DNA of 32,000 nucleotides from Acaryochloris marina S15 (GCF_018336915.1 NZ_CP064923.1:4530001-4562000); one strand, 5' to 3'. Counted from the stretch's first letter, positions 15,989-24,979 are shown. Notes: generated by a model from the sequence alone, not told the origin. Made by a program: numbers and translations.

Positions 15989-17460
15989 CAGTGTGTACCT
16001 TGACAAGATTGCCAACGATTTATAGATAACAGCATGGCATCCATAGCTTGCCGCCGCTTGCTGCCCGATTGATTATATTGATTAAACATCAGACTAAACA
16101 GTACAGGTGAAGATTGGGGGTGTTGAAGGTAGCCCGTTAAGGTAGAGACTCCCCGCATGCCTCCACTCTTACTCCATAGGGTTGAGGCTGGATTTTGCCC
16201 AATAGAATCTTTGGGTAAAGACGCTTGAAAGTTAGAAGCGTGGGGAGATTTGAGGATGCCTTTTAAAGTTTGAGTTAAAGCCAGGGGACTGATCGAGTTC
16301 TGTCGGGATAAGCCAGAGCCATCGGCAACTGAATAGGTGGACGCCTTGACCCCTAGTTGGGTGAGGGTTTGCTTTAGAACCTTTAAACCTTGTTGATGGG
16401 TATTTTGTGAGGTTTGCTTCTGGGCCAAGGTGGCTCCCAGTGTTTTGACTAGGGCTTCAGCGTAGAGATTATTGCTCTCTTGGTTAGTGGTTTTAATAAG
16501 AGTAGTAAGGGGGGGAGATTGGATCTGCGTTAGGCGCTGTTCTGATTTGCCTTGTAGGACAGCATTTCGTTCTTTCTGGGTCGATAACAGCGACATGCGA
16601 CCCACGTTAATGTTTTGAGTCGCCAAGATTGCTCGAAACCGCTTGAGTAAGAACCAACCTGGATCAACAACTGCCACAGCTGAGCGATCGTGAGGGGCAC
16701 CGGCTCGGAGCTGTCCCATAATCTCAATTTCTAAAGTGTTTCCTTTGAGACGACGGACAATTTCTATATATTCCGGAGCATTTTTGCCAACCGTGCGGGT
16801 GCGATTAATCTGTCGCCAAGCACCAATGGGTTGAGGAGAAAGCCATTCGACTCGGAGGGGCTGGCCTAATGCTTGGGGCCAGATTTTTAGCTCATAGGCA
16901 TTTTGATTGAGGATCAGGCTATTCACGGGAGCACCATAGCCCGCCTGTAGATCCTCCCATTCCCAAGACGGAACAATGCCTGGCCCTTGAAAATAGGTGT
17001 CATCTCCTAGAAGATGGTTAATTTGGCGGATGCCTTTTTGCTTGAGTTGGGTGGCAATTTTCTGTAGCTGCTGATCGGACAGGCTGGGATCGCCACGACC
17101 TAAAATTCTTAAATGCTCGAGAATAGGGCCAGTACCAGACCCATAAATATCGGTCTGAATTCGGAATTGAGGGCCTAGCTTGGTCAGGGCAGCAGCCGTA
17201 GTCATCACCTTCGTCGTCGATGCAGGAAGAAAATAGCGCTGTGCGCCTTGAGCATAGACGGGCTGAGTGGCTTGGAGGGGCTGAATCGCAATGCCTAGAC
17301 GAGCTTTATTGAACAGGGGTTGAGATGCGATCGCATCCACGTCTCGCTTTAGTTGCGCCACGCACTGGGAGTTCAATGAGGGGGCACCGTGGGCACTGGC
17401 AAAGGAGGTACTCACCATCCAACTCACCCATACACCCTTAGTAATCTTATGCAGAGACAT
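15988..17460 (-). CDS. dacB: D-alanyl-D-alanine carboxypeptidase/endopeptidase (PBP4, peptidase S13)
   Basis: 490 aa with a signal-like N-terminus, SxxK active site PASTTKVMTTAAAL, DGSGLSRQN, and a K(S/T)G box KSGGMRGVSTLTGY. Confidence 0.85.
   Translation of the reverse strand: MSLHKITKGVWVSWMVSTSFASAHGAPSLNSQCVAQLKRDVDAIASQPLFNKARLGIAIQPLQATQPVYAQGAQRYFLPASTTKVMTTAAALTKLGPQFRIQTDIYGSGTGPILEHLRILGRGDPSLSDQQLQKIATQLKQKGIRQINHLLGDDTYFQGPGIVPSWEWEDLQAGYGAPVNSLILNQNAYELKIWPQALGQPLRVEWLSPQPIGAWRQINRTRTVGKNAPEYIEIVRRLKGNTLEIEIMGQLRAGAPHDRSAVAVVDPGWFLLKRFRAILATQNINVGRMSLLSTQKERNAVLQGKSEQRLTQIQSPPLTTLIKTTNQESNNLYAEALVKTLGATLAQKQTSQNTHQQGLKVLKQTLTQLGVKASTYSVADGSGLSRQNSISPLALTQTLKGILKSPHASNFQASLPKDSIGQNPASTLWSKSGGMRGVSTLTGYLQHPQSSPVLFSLMFNQYNQSGSKRRQAMDAMLLSINRWQSCQGTH
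17327..17334. repeat. HIP1 octamer GCGATCGC
   Basis: Exact match, inside dacB. Confidence 0.95.
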
Positions 17461-17603
17461 TCCACGCTTTCCTTATGCTAGGAGCCAGCTTAACGTGAAT
17501 TAAGAAGAGGCCCATCCTGCCTTCAGACCGACTTTAGGATTGAGGGTTCCAACGCTTCCTCAAATTTGCCTCCATTTAGATATAGAAATAGGAGAATATA
17601 GGC

Positions 17604-19196
17604 ATGCCCCATGCTGCCTTACCCGCCCTAATTCAGCGCATGCTGCAACCGGATTTCTATCCTCACCCGGTTCAAAACCCGGTGCAGCTTTTACAAACCC
17701 ATATTTCCTATGTGTTTTTAACGGGCGACTTTGCTTACAAAGTTAAAAAGCCAACCCAGTTTGGATTGCTAGACTTTTCGACCCTAGAGCAACGAGCCTA
17801 CTTCTGCCAGGAGGAGTTGCGTCTAAACCGCCGTCTGTCTCCCGATCTCTATTTGGCCGTCTTAACAATCTATAAAGAGGAAGAAGAGGGCAGCTACTGT
17901 TTAAATTCTCCCCCTTATCCTGGCGCTGAGATTGTTGACTATGTCCTACAGATGCGGCAGTTTGATCAAGATAGATTGTTCAGCCATCTATTAAATCAAG
18001 ATCAGTTAACGGCAGCTCATCTGCAACAACTCGGTCAGTTAGTAGCCCACTTTCATGCCGCTTCAGCGACCAGCCCTACAATCCAGGCCAACGGTACCCT
18101 AGAATCCCTCCAGGCCATCGATGAAGAGAACTACACCCTAACCCAAGCATTTATAGGCAAGTCTCAAACCAAGGAACAGTGGCAACAGACCCGATCGTTT
18201 ACCCAGCACTTCTGGCGAGATCATCAAGATTGGCTGCAACAGCGCCAAGGGAAAATTCGAGAATGCCATGGCGATTTACACCTCAATAATGTGTGTCTAT
18301 ATGCAGATCAAATCCAAATCTTTGATTGCATCGAATTTTGCCAAGAATTTCGCAATATTGATGTGATTTATGATGTGGCATTCATGGTCATGGATTTAGA
18401 CTTTCATCATCGACCGGATTTAGCCAATATCTTTTTAAATACATACCTGGAAAAGACGGGAGATTATGCAGGGGCTTTACTATTGCCAGCCTATTTAAGT
18501 ATGCGAGCCACGATTCGCGGCAATGTAAATAGCATGACAGCCCAAAATACTGATAATTCAGGGCGTGATGAAGCATCTCCCTGGCAAATAGCCAAAGACT
18601 ACTTTGCCTTAGCCCATCGATATACTCAGCTTCGACAAGGACAGATTATCCTCATGTCGGGTTTGTCCGGTTCAGGAAAAAGTACTGTAGCCCGTCGTCT
18701 TGCCCCTCAACTCCAGGCCATTCACATTCGTTCAGATGCCGTTCGCAAACATCTAGCAGGAGTTCCGTTAGATCAATCGGGTGTAGATCAGATCAATATC
18801 TATACATCAGCCATGACCCAACGCACCTATCAGCGCTTAGCTGAATGGGGAATCTCCCTGGCACAAATGGGATGGACCGTGATTTTAGACGCGAAGTACG
18901 ATCGAGTGGAATTGCGTGAGCAGGTAATTGCCCAGTCTGAGTTGGCTCACATTCCGGTACAGATTTTATTCTGTACTGCACCGGTTTTGGAGTTGCGATC
19001 GCGGCTCCAAAACCGCCAAGGAGATATCTCCGATGCCACACCCGATCTTTTATCCAGCCAACAACAAACATTCCAACCCTTTACGGCTAAAGAAAAGCCC
19101 AAGTTGACTCAATTAGCGACCGAGCAAGATTTAGACGCCCAGTTAACATCTTTTTGCAAGCATCTCGCCAAAAAGGATAATGTCAGGTTAATCTGA
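17604..19196 (+). CDS. Bifunctional aminoglycoside-phosphotransferase-like kinase domain plus P-loop (AAA_33-type) kinase domain protein
   Basis: The N-terminal ~340 aa has the catalytic loop CHGDLHLNNV (HxDxxxxN) and DCIEF. The C-terminal ~170 aa has Walker A MSGLSGSGKSTVAR. AGGAGA lies upstream of the ATG. Confidence 0.8.
   Translation: MPHAALPALIQRMLQPDFYPHPVQNPVQLLQTHISYVFLTGDFAYKVKKPTQFGLLDFSTLEQRAYFCQEELRLNRRLSPDLYLAVLTIYKEEEEGSYCLNSPPYPGAEIVDYVLQMRQFDQDRLFSHLLNQDQLTAAHLQQLGQLVAHFHAASATSPTIQANGTLESLQAIDEENYTLTQAFIGKSQTKEQWQQTRSFTQHFWRDHQDWLQQRQGKIRECHGDLHLNNVCLYADQIQIFDCIEFCQEFRNIDVIYDVAFMVMDLDFHHRPDLANIFLNTYLEKTGDYAGALLLPAYLSMRATIRGNVNSMTAQNTDNSGRDEASPWQIAKDYFALAHRYTQLRQGQIILMSGLSGSGKSTVARRLAPQLQAIHIRSDAVRKHLAGVPLDQSGVDQINIYTSAMTQRTYQRLAEWGISLAQMGWTVILDAKYDRVELREQVIAQSELAHIPVQILFCTAPVLELRSRLQNRQGDISDATPDLLSSQQQTFQPFTAKEKPKLTQLATEQDLDAQLTSFCKHLAKKDNVRLI
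18995..19002. repeat. HIP1 octamer GCGATCGC
   Basis: Exact match, inside the APH/kinase gene. Confidence 0.95.
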
Positions 19197-19333
19197 GGGC
19201 AGTAGACAGCAAAAAAGATTATAGTTCAGTCAGAGTGTAAATCATCATTTGGCACTTACCGGCCTAGCTATTGCATATCTAAAGGCGGGGGGGAAACGCT
19301 CGAGTGCAGTAAATAAAAAGGACGATTATCCCT

Positions 19334-20839
19334 GTGGCAAACACGGCCCACCTCCGACTCATTAAACGCGGAGTTAAACATTGGAATAACTGGCGTAAAG
19401 AGAAGTTTTCCGATCAACCCGATTTGTCTGAAGCTGATCTCAGTGGGTTAGACCTGCGAGGGGTAAACCTGATTGGCGCGGACCTAAATCATGCGAATTT
19501 AACGGGTGCAGACTTAAGTGGGTCCTATTTAAGTGTTGCCAATTTATCCCATGCTTATCTCAGTGAAGCCAAGTTAACAGGAGCCAACCTGGGCAAAGCC
19601 AATCTAGAAGCAGTGGATCTAAGCTTTGCCAACCTAGAGCAATCCATTCTCATTGAAACCCGGCTCACAAAGGCGTTGCTCGTAGAAGCAAATCTGACCC
19701 AGGCCGTTCTCAATTTTGCAGATTTAAGCCGAGCCAACTTGAGTAAGGCGAATCTCCGTAAAGCACATCTGATTAAAGCAGTCCTGCTAGAAGCGAACTT
19801 AAGTGATGTCAGCCTGAAAGGAGCCAATCTCAACCGAGCGCTGTTGAGTGAGGCAGATCTAACGCGGGCCAATTTGAGCAACATTAACCTCAGCAAAGCA
19901 GACCTCAGTTTTGCCCGGTTAATTGAGGCGGATCTACATGGTGCCAATCTCAACGGCATTATCCTAATTGAGGCCAATTTACGAGGGGCAAACCTCCAGG
20001 GCAGCACCTTGAAAAAAGGTCAACTCTGTCGGGCTAATTTGGGTGCTGTCGATTTAAGCAATGCTGATATCAAGAGCACCAATCTGAGTGATAGTGATTT
20101 AATTAATGCCAACCTCAGTAAGGCTTTGCTCATTGACACCAACTTGAGTGATGCCCAACTCGCGGGGGCCAATTGTCACAAAGCTAGCTTTCTCCATGCC
20201 AATCTCAATAAAGCGAATTTATGTGAGACCAACTTAACAGCAGCTGATTTGAGAGAGGCCGATTTGCGTAAGGCCGATCTGACCCGGAGCCAGCTCCAAG
20301 CAGCTAACTTATCCATGACGAATTTGACCGCCGCCTGTTTGGAAGAGATAGAGCTAAACCGTAGTACTAAGTTCGACCATACCATCTGCGAACATGTCTA
20401 CTTAAGAAGGCATGAGCAAGATCGTCAGCCCAGTCACGGTAAATTTCTGGCTGGAGAACTCGCACAACTCCTATGGACCAGTTCTGAAACCATTAACCTG
20501 AACTTCCATAATGGGGTGAATTGGGCCGCCTTTGCCAATTCCCTGAAACGAATACAGCGCACCTATCCCCAGGCCCAAATGGGCATTCAATGTATTGAAC
20601 ATAAAGGGAATGGGGTCATCCTTGTGAAGGTTCATACAGCCCCTAATGTGGATCAAGAAAAGGTGCACAAGGAATTGATGCTCGCCTACGTCAACACCCG
20701 CCGCCAAATGAACCAAGACCAAAAAGCTCAGGGTATGGGTAAGGTGACCACCCAAGAATCCTTGCAGCTACAAAATCCTCAAGACATCATCAACAACTTG
20801 TTTGACTTACTTAATCCAGCACTGAGTTCTTTACCTTAA
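19334..20839 (+). CDS. Large pentapeptide-repeat protein (~60 consecutive repeats) with a ~150-aa non-repeat C-terminal domain
   Basis: The GTG start is supported by N-terminal identity with the paralog at 29207 (MAN..HL.LIK.G...WNNWR......PDL). There are uninterrupted A(D/N)LxX repeats from about aa 30 to about aa 345. A unique C-terminus follows (HNGVNWAAFANSLKRIQRTYPQAQMGIQCIEHKGNGVILVKVH...). Confidence 0.9.
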   Translation: MANTAHLRLIKRGVKHWNNWRKEKFSDQPDLSEADLSGLDLRGVNLIGADLNHANLTGADLSGSYLSVANLSHAYLSEAKLTGANLGKANLEAVDLSFANLEQSILIETRLTKALLVEANLTQAVLNFADLSRANLSKANLRKAHLIKAVLLEANLSDVSLKGANLNRALLSEADLTRANLSNINLSKADLSFARLIEADLHGANLNGIILIEANLRGANLQGSTLKKGQLCRANLGAVDLSNADIKSTNLSDSDLINANLSKALLIDTNLSDAQLAGANCHKASFLHANLNKANLCETNLTAADLREADLRKADLTRSQLQAANLSMTNLTAACLEEIELNRSTKFDHTICEHVYLRRHEQDRQPSHGKFLAGELAQLLWTSSETINLNFHNGVNWAAFANSLKRIQRTYPQAQMGIQCIEHKGNGVILVKVHTAPNVDQEKVHKELMLAYVNTRRQMNQDQKAQGMGKVTTQESLQLQNPQDIINNLFDLLNPALSSLP

Positions 20840-20989
20840 ATATCCACCATTAGCACCTAAGGTATGGGGCAATTTTTGCCATCGATCTCCATGAATGGAA
20901 ATTTGGCTTAATAAATTTAGTCTTTGGCAAAAAAATACTTAGGATGATTGCAAGCTGGGGGCAACCAATCAATCCGGAGGAATTTTGTC

Positions 20990-21844
20990 ATGCGCTGGAA
21001 AATGGGCCGACGAAGCAGCAATGTAGAGGATCGGCGGGGTGGTTCTTCTATGCCAACGGCTGCAGGGGGTGGATTAGGCCTACTGGTGATCGCCCTGGTG
21101 GCGGCCTTTTTTGGTGTCGATCCCAGCTTGATTTTGGACCAAGCAAACCAGTTGGAGAATCAGCCGACCTCTTCGGCACCAGGAAATCGTCCTGCGGCTG
21201 AGAATGAGCTCGTAGACTTTGTCTCTGTCGTGCTTGCTGATACGGAAGACACTTGGGAGACTCTGTTTCGCCAAGGCGGGCAAACTTACCGAAAACCCAA
21301 ACTGGTGTTGTTTTCAGGTCAGACTTCGTCTGCATGCGGTTTAGGGAAGGCGGCAATGGGGCCGTTCTATTGTCCTGCAGATCAGAAAGTGTATATTGAC
21401 CTGAGCTTCTATAACGACCTGAAAGAACGACATCAGGCTCCCGGTGATTTCGCCCAAGCCTATGTGATTGCCCATGAGGTGGGGCATCATGTACAAACCC
21501 TACTCGGTGTTTCTCAAAAAGTATATGACTTGAGAAGTCGAGTCAGCAAAGTAGAGGGAAACCAACTTTCCGTGCGTCAAGAGCTTCAGGCAGACTGTTT
21601 TGCTGGCATTTGGGCCCACCATGCCAATCGAACCCGCCAGATTTTGGAGCAGGGCGATGTGGAAGAAGCCTTAAATGCAGCTAGCAGCATTGGCGACGAT
21701 CGCCTACAACAGCAAGCAGGCGGTCGTGTAGCGCCAGAGTCTTTTACCCACGGCAGTTCTGCCCAGCGGGTGAAGTGGTTTAAGGTAGGCTTACAAAAAG
21801 GAAGCCTCAAAGATTGTGATACCTTCGCCACACGCAATCTCTAG
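20990..21844 (+). CDS. YpfJ-family neutral zinc metallopeptidase
   Basis: Starting at the ATG at 20990 gives MRWKMGRRSSNVEDRRG, the YpfJ-type N-terminus. It is followed by a transmembrane segment and the zinc motif HEVGHHVQ. GGAGG at 20976..20980 serves as the SD. The track start at 20948 adds 14 unlikely residues. Confidence 0.85.
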   Translation: MRWKMGRRSSNVEDRRGGSSMPTAAGGGLGLLVIALVAAFFGVDPSLILDQANQLENQPTSSAPGNRPAAENELVDFVSVVLADTEDTWETLFRQGGQTYRKPKLVLFSGQTSSACGLGKAAMGPFYCPADQKVYIDLSFYNDLKERHQAPGDFAQAYVIAHEVGHHVQTLLGVSQKVYDLRSRVSKVEGNQLSVRQELQADCFAGIWAHHANRTRQILEQGDVEEALNAASSIGDDRLQQQAGGRVAPESFTHGSSAQRVKWFKVGLQKGSLKDCDTFATRNL

Positions 21845-21874
21845 AGAATGCTGTATGGAATTCTGCTCTGACTC

Positions 21875-22387
21875 CTAAGCCGCTTGCCCCCAACGAGGTG
21901 ACAAATTATGAACTCTAGGTGGAGGAGCTTTGCTAGAAGTCACTTCGTAGAGTTTCGGGATTTCTTTGCTGCTATAAACTCGAAATTCTTTTTGAATCGT
22001 TGTTTCAGTGGAGCGAACCGCTTGATTGAGGACAATTGAGCCATCATCATCAGAAATTGAGCGATGAAACGTGCCTGGTGGGATTCGCAAAATCTCCTTA
22101 CCTGCTTCCAATCTAACCATATGGAATGGGACTTCCCATTGAAAATTGACTAGATAGAATGTGCGGCCACCGGATAAAGCGAGTAAATTATCTTCTTGAT
22201 TAGGATGTAGGTAAAACTGCCAAAAATCATCGGCAGTATTGTGGGGGCTAATCGCTGGCCCCTCGTGATAAACCAGGTCTCGGGCATTGGACTTAGAAAT
22301 GGTGACATCAAAAAACCGAACCTTAGGGGTGTCACGAAATCTCTCGTAGGAGATGAGCTCAAACATAGATCTAAAATGTTGCTTCAA
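21875..22387 (-). CDS. Hypothetical protein, possibly cupin-fold (RmlC-like)
   Basis: 170 aa. The pattern H..Q.D.L....G....L...(20)...H.V.L.....L.IPPGTFHR......GS.VLNQAVR resembles RmlC-like cupins. This is a weak by-eye assignment. Confidence 0.5.
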   Translation of the reverse strand: MKQHFRSMFELISYERFRDTPKVRFFDVTISKSNARDLVYHEGPAISPHNTADDFWQFYLHPNQEDNLLALSGGRTFYLVNFQWEVPFHMVRLEAGKEILRIPPGTFHRSISDDDGSIVLNQAVRSTETTIQKEFRVYSSKEIPKLYEVTSSKAPPPRVHNLSPRWGQAA

Positions 22388-22756
22388 TCAGACTGCGATT
22401 AAGAAAAGAAAAATCAACGCAAAAAAGTCGATCTTTCCTATAAAGGAAAAACCAACACAAACGCTTTACATATATTTATGCTTTTTGGAACATCAGAAAG
22501 TAGCTAATTACACATTTTATAAATTGCAGAAATAGCATTGATCTGTTGAGCATTATGCATAATCTCTAGATATTTCACGGGATTAAGTAGATATCTGAAG
22601 GTGAAGTATTCCCTTCAAGCTAGATGAGTCAACTGGCATGTATTAAAGGGAGTCAGTTTTCCAATCCACAAGAATTTTGTAGCTAGACGTTCATTTGAAG
22701 GCTCGACTTGGCCATACTAAGGACAGTGTTTACTCAGATTTAGGATTGGATGTAGT

Positions 22757-23692
22757 GTGATTGCCACCTCCCTAGAGATACCCCAAATATTGATTCAGAC
22801 TGGGAGTAGCTGCGAACCCTTTGAATTTCAATCCGGTTTAGAGTGGACGGTGGGGCGTCATCCCAGTAATCCAATTCAACTAGGCGATCGCTGCGCGTCT
22901 CGTCAACATGCCAAGCTCGTTAAGCTGCAAGACCAACATTATTGCTATGTCGACCTCAATAGCCGCAATGGCTCAAAATTTCGGGGTCGTTCAGTCAAGC
23001 AACCCGTCTTGCTTCAAAATGGCGATCGCATCAAGATTGGTGATACCTATCTGATTTTTCAAGATATTCCGCCCCATCGAACGACAGGCCATGGCACATC
23101 TGATCAAGCCCAGGTCTTGCTCCTACAAGAGGATGCGCTACAAGGTAAAATCTGGCAAACGGTTTTGCGATCGCAAACCATAGACAGCTATTGGGAATCA
23201 GCTGAAATAGATTTAAAAGCCTACCTACCTCGACGAGTAGCTTCCGGCTCACTGCCTCAATTACTTATCCTCGATACTCAAGTTTTCGGGGATCAAACCT
23301 ACGAAGTCTGCGCTTGGTGCGCTCAAACCTTCCCGCAACTGAAGATTATCGTTAATAATAGCCAAGAACGCCAAATTCTAATGGCTGAGCGGCAGAAAGC
23401 AGCACAATCAGGCTGTTTAAACTGGTTCCCAGCATTCCGAGAACCCAAGCTGATCGATAATGTTGCGGGAATTGTGGTGCAGGCCAACGGAGTCATGAAC
23501 ATCCTGGGCGGCACCCTCCGCCAAGACAAGTTATTCACAGCCTTAAAGTCCTTTGAACAACTGCTGGGGGAAGTCGCTTTTCTACAGCCACCCCCCAAAC
23601 CGGTTGAACAACCTCAACCCTCTCAGGCATCAGATCTTGCTGCTCAAAACGGCGACCTAACCCAGGTCACCCGAGTCAGCCGCAAGGGCTAA
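22757..23692 (+). CDS. FHA-domain protein with a receiver-like (REC-like) central domain
   Basis: FHA: WTVGRHPSNPIQLGDRCASRQHAKL....DLNSRNGSKFRG..V.....LQNGDRIKIGDTYLIF. This is followed by VLLLQED ... QLLILD ... IIVNNS ... EPK, with spacing like the acidic pocket, phospho-Asp, Ser/Thr and Lys of response-regulator receivers. The start is GTG. Confidence 0.75.
   Translation: MIATSLEIPQILIQTGSSCEPFEFQSGLEWTVGRHPSNPIQLGDRCASRQHAKLVKLQDQHYCYVDLNSRNGSKFRGRSVKQPVLLQNGDRIKIGDTYLIFQDIPPHRTTGHGTSDQAQVLLLQEDALQGKIWQTVLRSQTIDSYWESAEIDLKAYLPRRVASGSLPQLLILDTQVFGDQTYEVCAWCAQTFPQLKIIVNNSQERQILMAERQKAAQSGCLNWFPAFREPKLIDNVAGIVVQANGVMNILGGTLRQDKLFTALKSFEQLLGEVAFLQPPPKPVEQPQPSQASDLAAQNGDLTQVTRVSRKG
22884..22891. 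repeat. HIP1 octamer GCGATCGC
   Basis: Exact match, inside the FHA gene. Confidence 0.95.
23022..23029. repeat. HIP1 octamer GCGATCGC
   Basis: Exact match, inside the FHA gene. Confidence 0.95.
23167..23174. repeat. HIP1 octamer GCGATCGC
   Basis: Exact match, inside the FHA gene. Confidence 0.95.
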
Positions 23693-24979
23693 TTCAGCTT
23701 GCAAAAAGTCAATAAATTGACGAGCCGTGCGACCGGAGCGACCATTGTGTCGAGTCGCCCATTGCAAAGCCCGAAATTTCAGATCTGCTTCGTCTAGAAC
23801 CAGATTCGCTTTGCCAGCGAGATGGAACACCATCTTCAGATAGGTCTCTTGATTAGCAGGGGTAAAGGTGAGGGTAAGGCCAAAGCGATCGCTGAGGGAC
23901 AATTTTTCCTGAACCGTGTCCCAAGCATGGATTTCATCCCCATCACTTGGGCTGGGCCGATCATCAAAGAACTCCCGAATCAAATGCCGACGATTGGACG
24001 TGGCATAGACAATCACATTATGGGGTCTAGCGGCAATATGACCTTCTAGAACCACTTTTAAGGCTTTATAACTCTCCTCGTCTTCCTCAAAAGAGAGGTC
24101 ATCCACAAAAATGATGAACTTTTGCGGACAGTTCTGAAGCGGTTCCAAAATCTGAGGCAACTCAATCAAGGCAGATTTACGGACTTCAATTAAACGCAAG
24201 CCCCGATCGCCATAAAGGGGTAATAGAGCTTTAATCATGGCCGACTTACCTGCTCCTCGACTGCCATAAAGCAAGATATTCAGGGCAGGATACCCCCGGA
24301 GCAGTGCTTCTGTATTGTTCAGCAACTGATCCCGCTGATCTTCGTATCCCACCAACGCATCCATGGCAATCTCATCCGGATAGGGATGGCCTTGGAGTTG
24401 GCCTTCATGCCAGCTAAACGCCCGATATTGAGCCATCAATCCACAGCCCACTTGGCGGTGATACTCAGCTAAAGCAGGCAATGCATCAGCCCAGTGGTCA
24501 TACTCTTTTAAAAAAGCAACGGCCTGAGAATCATGGGTTTGAGTGGTGCTCGGTAAGGCCGGTAAGACAGGTCCTCCTAGTTGGCCAATGGCTTGGGGGA
24601 GATCGTCTACATGCCATTGCCAGAGTTGCTGTAGCACCGTCAAATCATACTGAACTGCCTCTAGAAGTTCAGCAGGAAGTTGCTCCAGGGGGTGATGCTG
24701 AACTTGCAAAGTAAAGGGATTGTCGGACTCCAAAATCCGTTGTACTAAGTAATCCCGCCAGCTTTTGTGAGTCGCTGATAAGGCCTTAAATAACTGTCCA
24801 TAGGCCCAGAGAATCTGAGATAGATCCTGCTCAGACTGTTGCATGGCACTTAAAACTGAGAAAAAAGCTTGTCCCACCTCATTCTCCCAAACGGATGAAT
24901 AGATCAACAAGGACGCTACCTGCTGTTCAAGCATCGCCCATTGAGATTCAGGGAAGGCATTTGGCCGATCAGATACCAA
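23657..24979 (-). CDS. DUF815-type AAA/P-loop ATP-binding protein
   Basis: Walker A LLYGSRGAGKSAMIKAL and Walker B region FIIFVDDLSFEEDEESYKALKVVLEG, then VYATSNRRHL. This is the DUF815 pattern. The ~190-aa N-terminal extension is unrecognised. Confidence 0.8.
   Translation of the reverse strand: MVSDRPNAFPESQWAMLEQQVASLLIYSSVWENEVGQAFFSVLSAMQQSEQDLSQILWAYGQLFKALSATHKSWRDYLVQRILESDNPFTLQVQHHPLEQLPAELLEAVQYDLTVLQQLWQWHVDDLPQAIGQLGGPVLPALPSTTQTHDSQAVAFLKEYDHWADALPALAEYHRQVGCGLMAQYRAFSWHEGQLQGHPYPDEIAMDALVGYEDQRDQLLNNTEALLRGYPALNILLYGSRGAGKSAMIKALLPLYGDRGLRLIEVRKSALIELPQILEPLQNCPQKFIIFVDDLSFEEDEESYKALKVVLEGHIAARPHNVIVYATSNRRHLIREFFDDRPSPSDGDEIHAWDTVQEKLSLSDRFGLTLTFTPANQETYLKMVFHLAGKANLVLDEADLKFRALQWATRHNGRSGRTARQFIDFLQAELALAADSGDLG
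23885..23892. repeat. HIP1 octamer GCGATCGC
   Basis: Exact match, inside the DUF815 gene. Confidence 0.95.

Noticed and set aside
19555-20385. Long minus-strand ORFs (19555..20007 and 20176..20385) antisense to the large pentapeptide gene; the same occurs at 5674..6039, opposite the small pentapeptide gene
   Set aside because: Their translations (LA.LR.A.L repeats) are the mirror image of the A(D/N)LxX codon periodicity. The reverse complement of a pentapeptide-repeat gene stays open by construction. They have no independent start context or motifs.
20944-20989. Upstream starts (20944, 20948) for the YpfJ metallopeptidase
   Set aside because: The ATG at 20990 is preceded by GGAGG and yields the family-typical MRWKMGRRSSNVEDRRG N-terminus. 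20944..21201 is in a different frame and lies inside the gene.
22353-22535. 60-aa ORF in the AT-rich spacer upstream of the cupin-like gene
   Set aside because: Its product is Lys/Ile/Phe-rich, as expected for random translation of AT-rich DNA, and it overlaps the start of the divergent gene.
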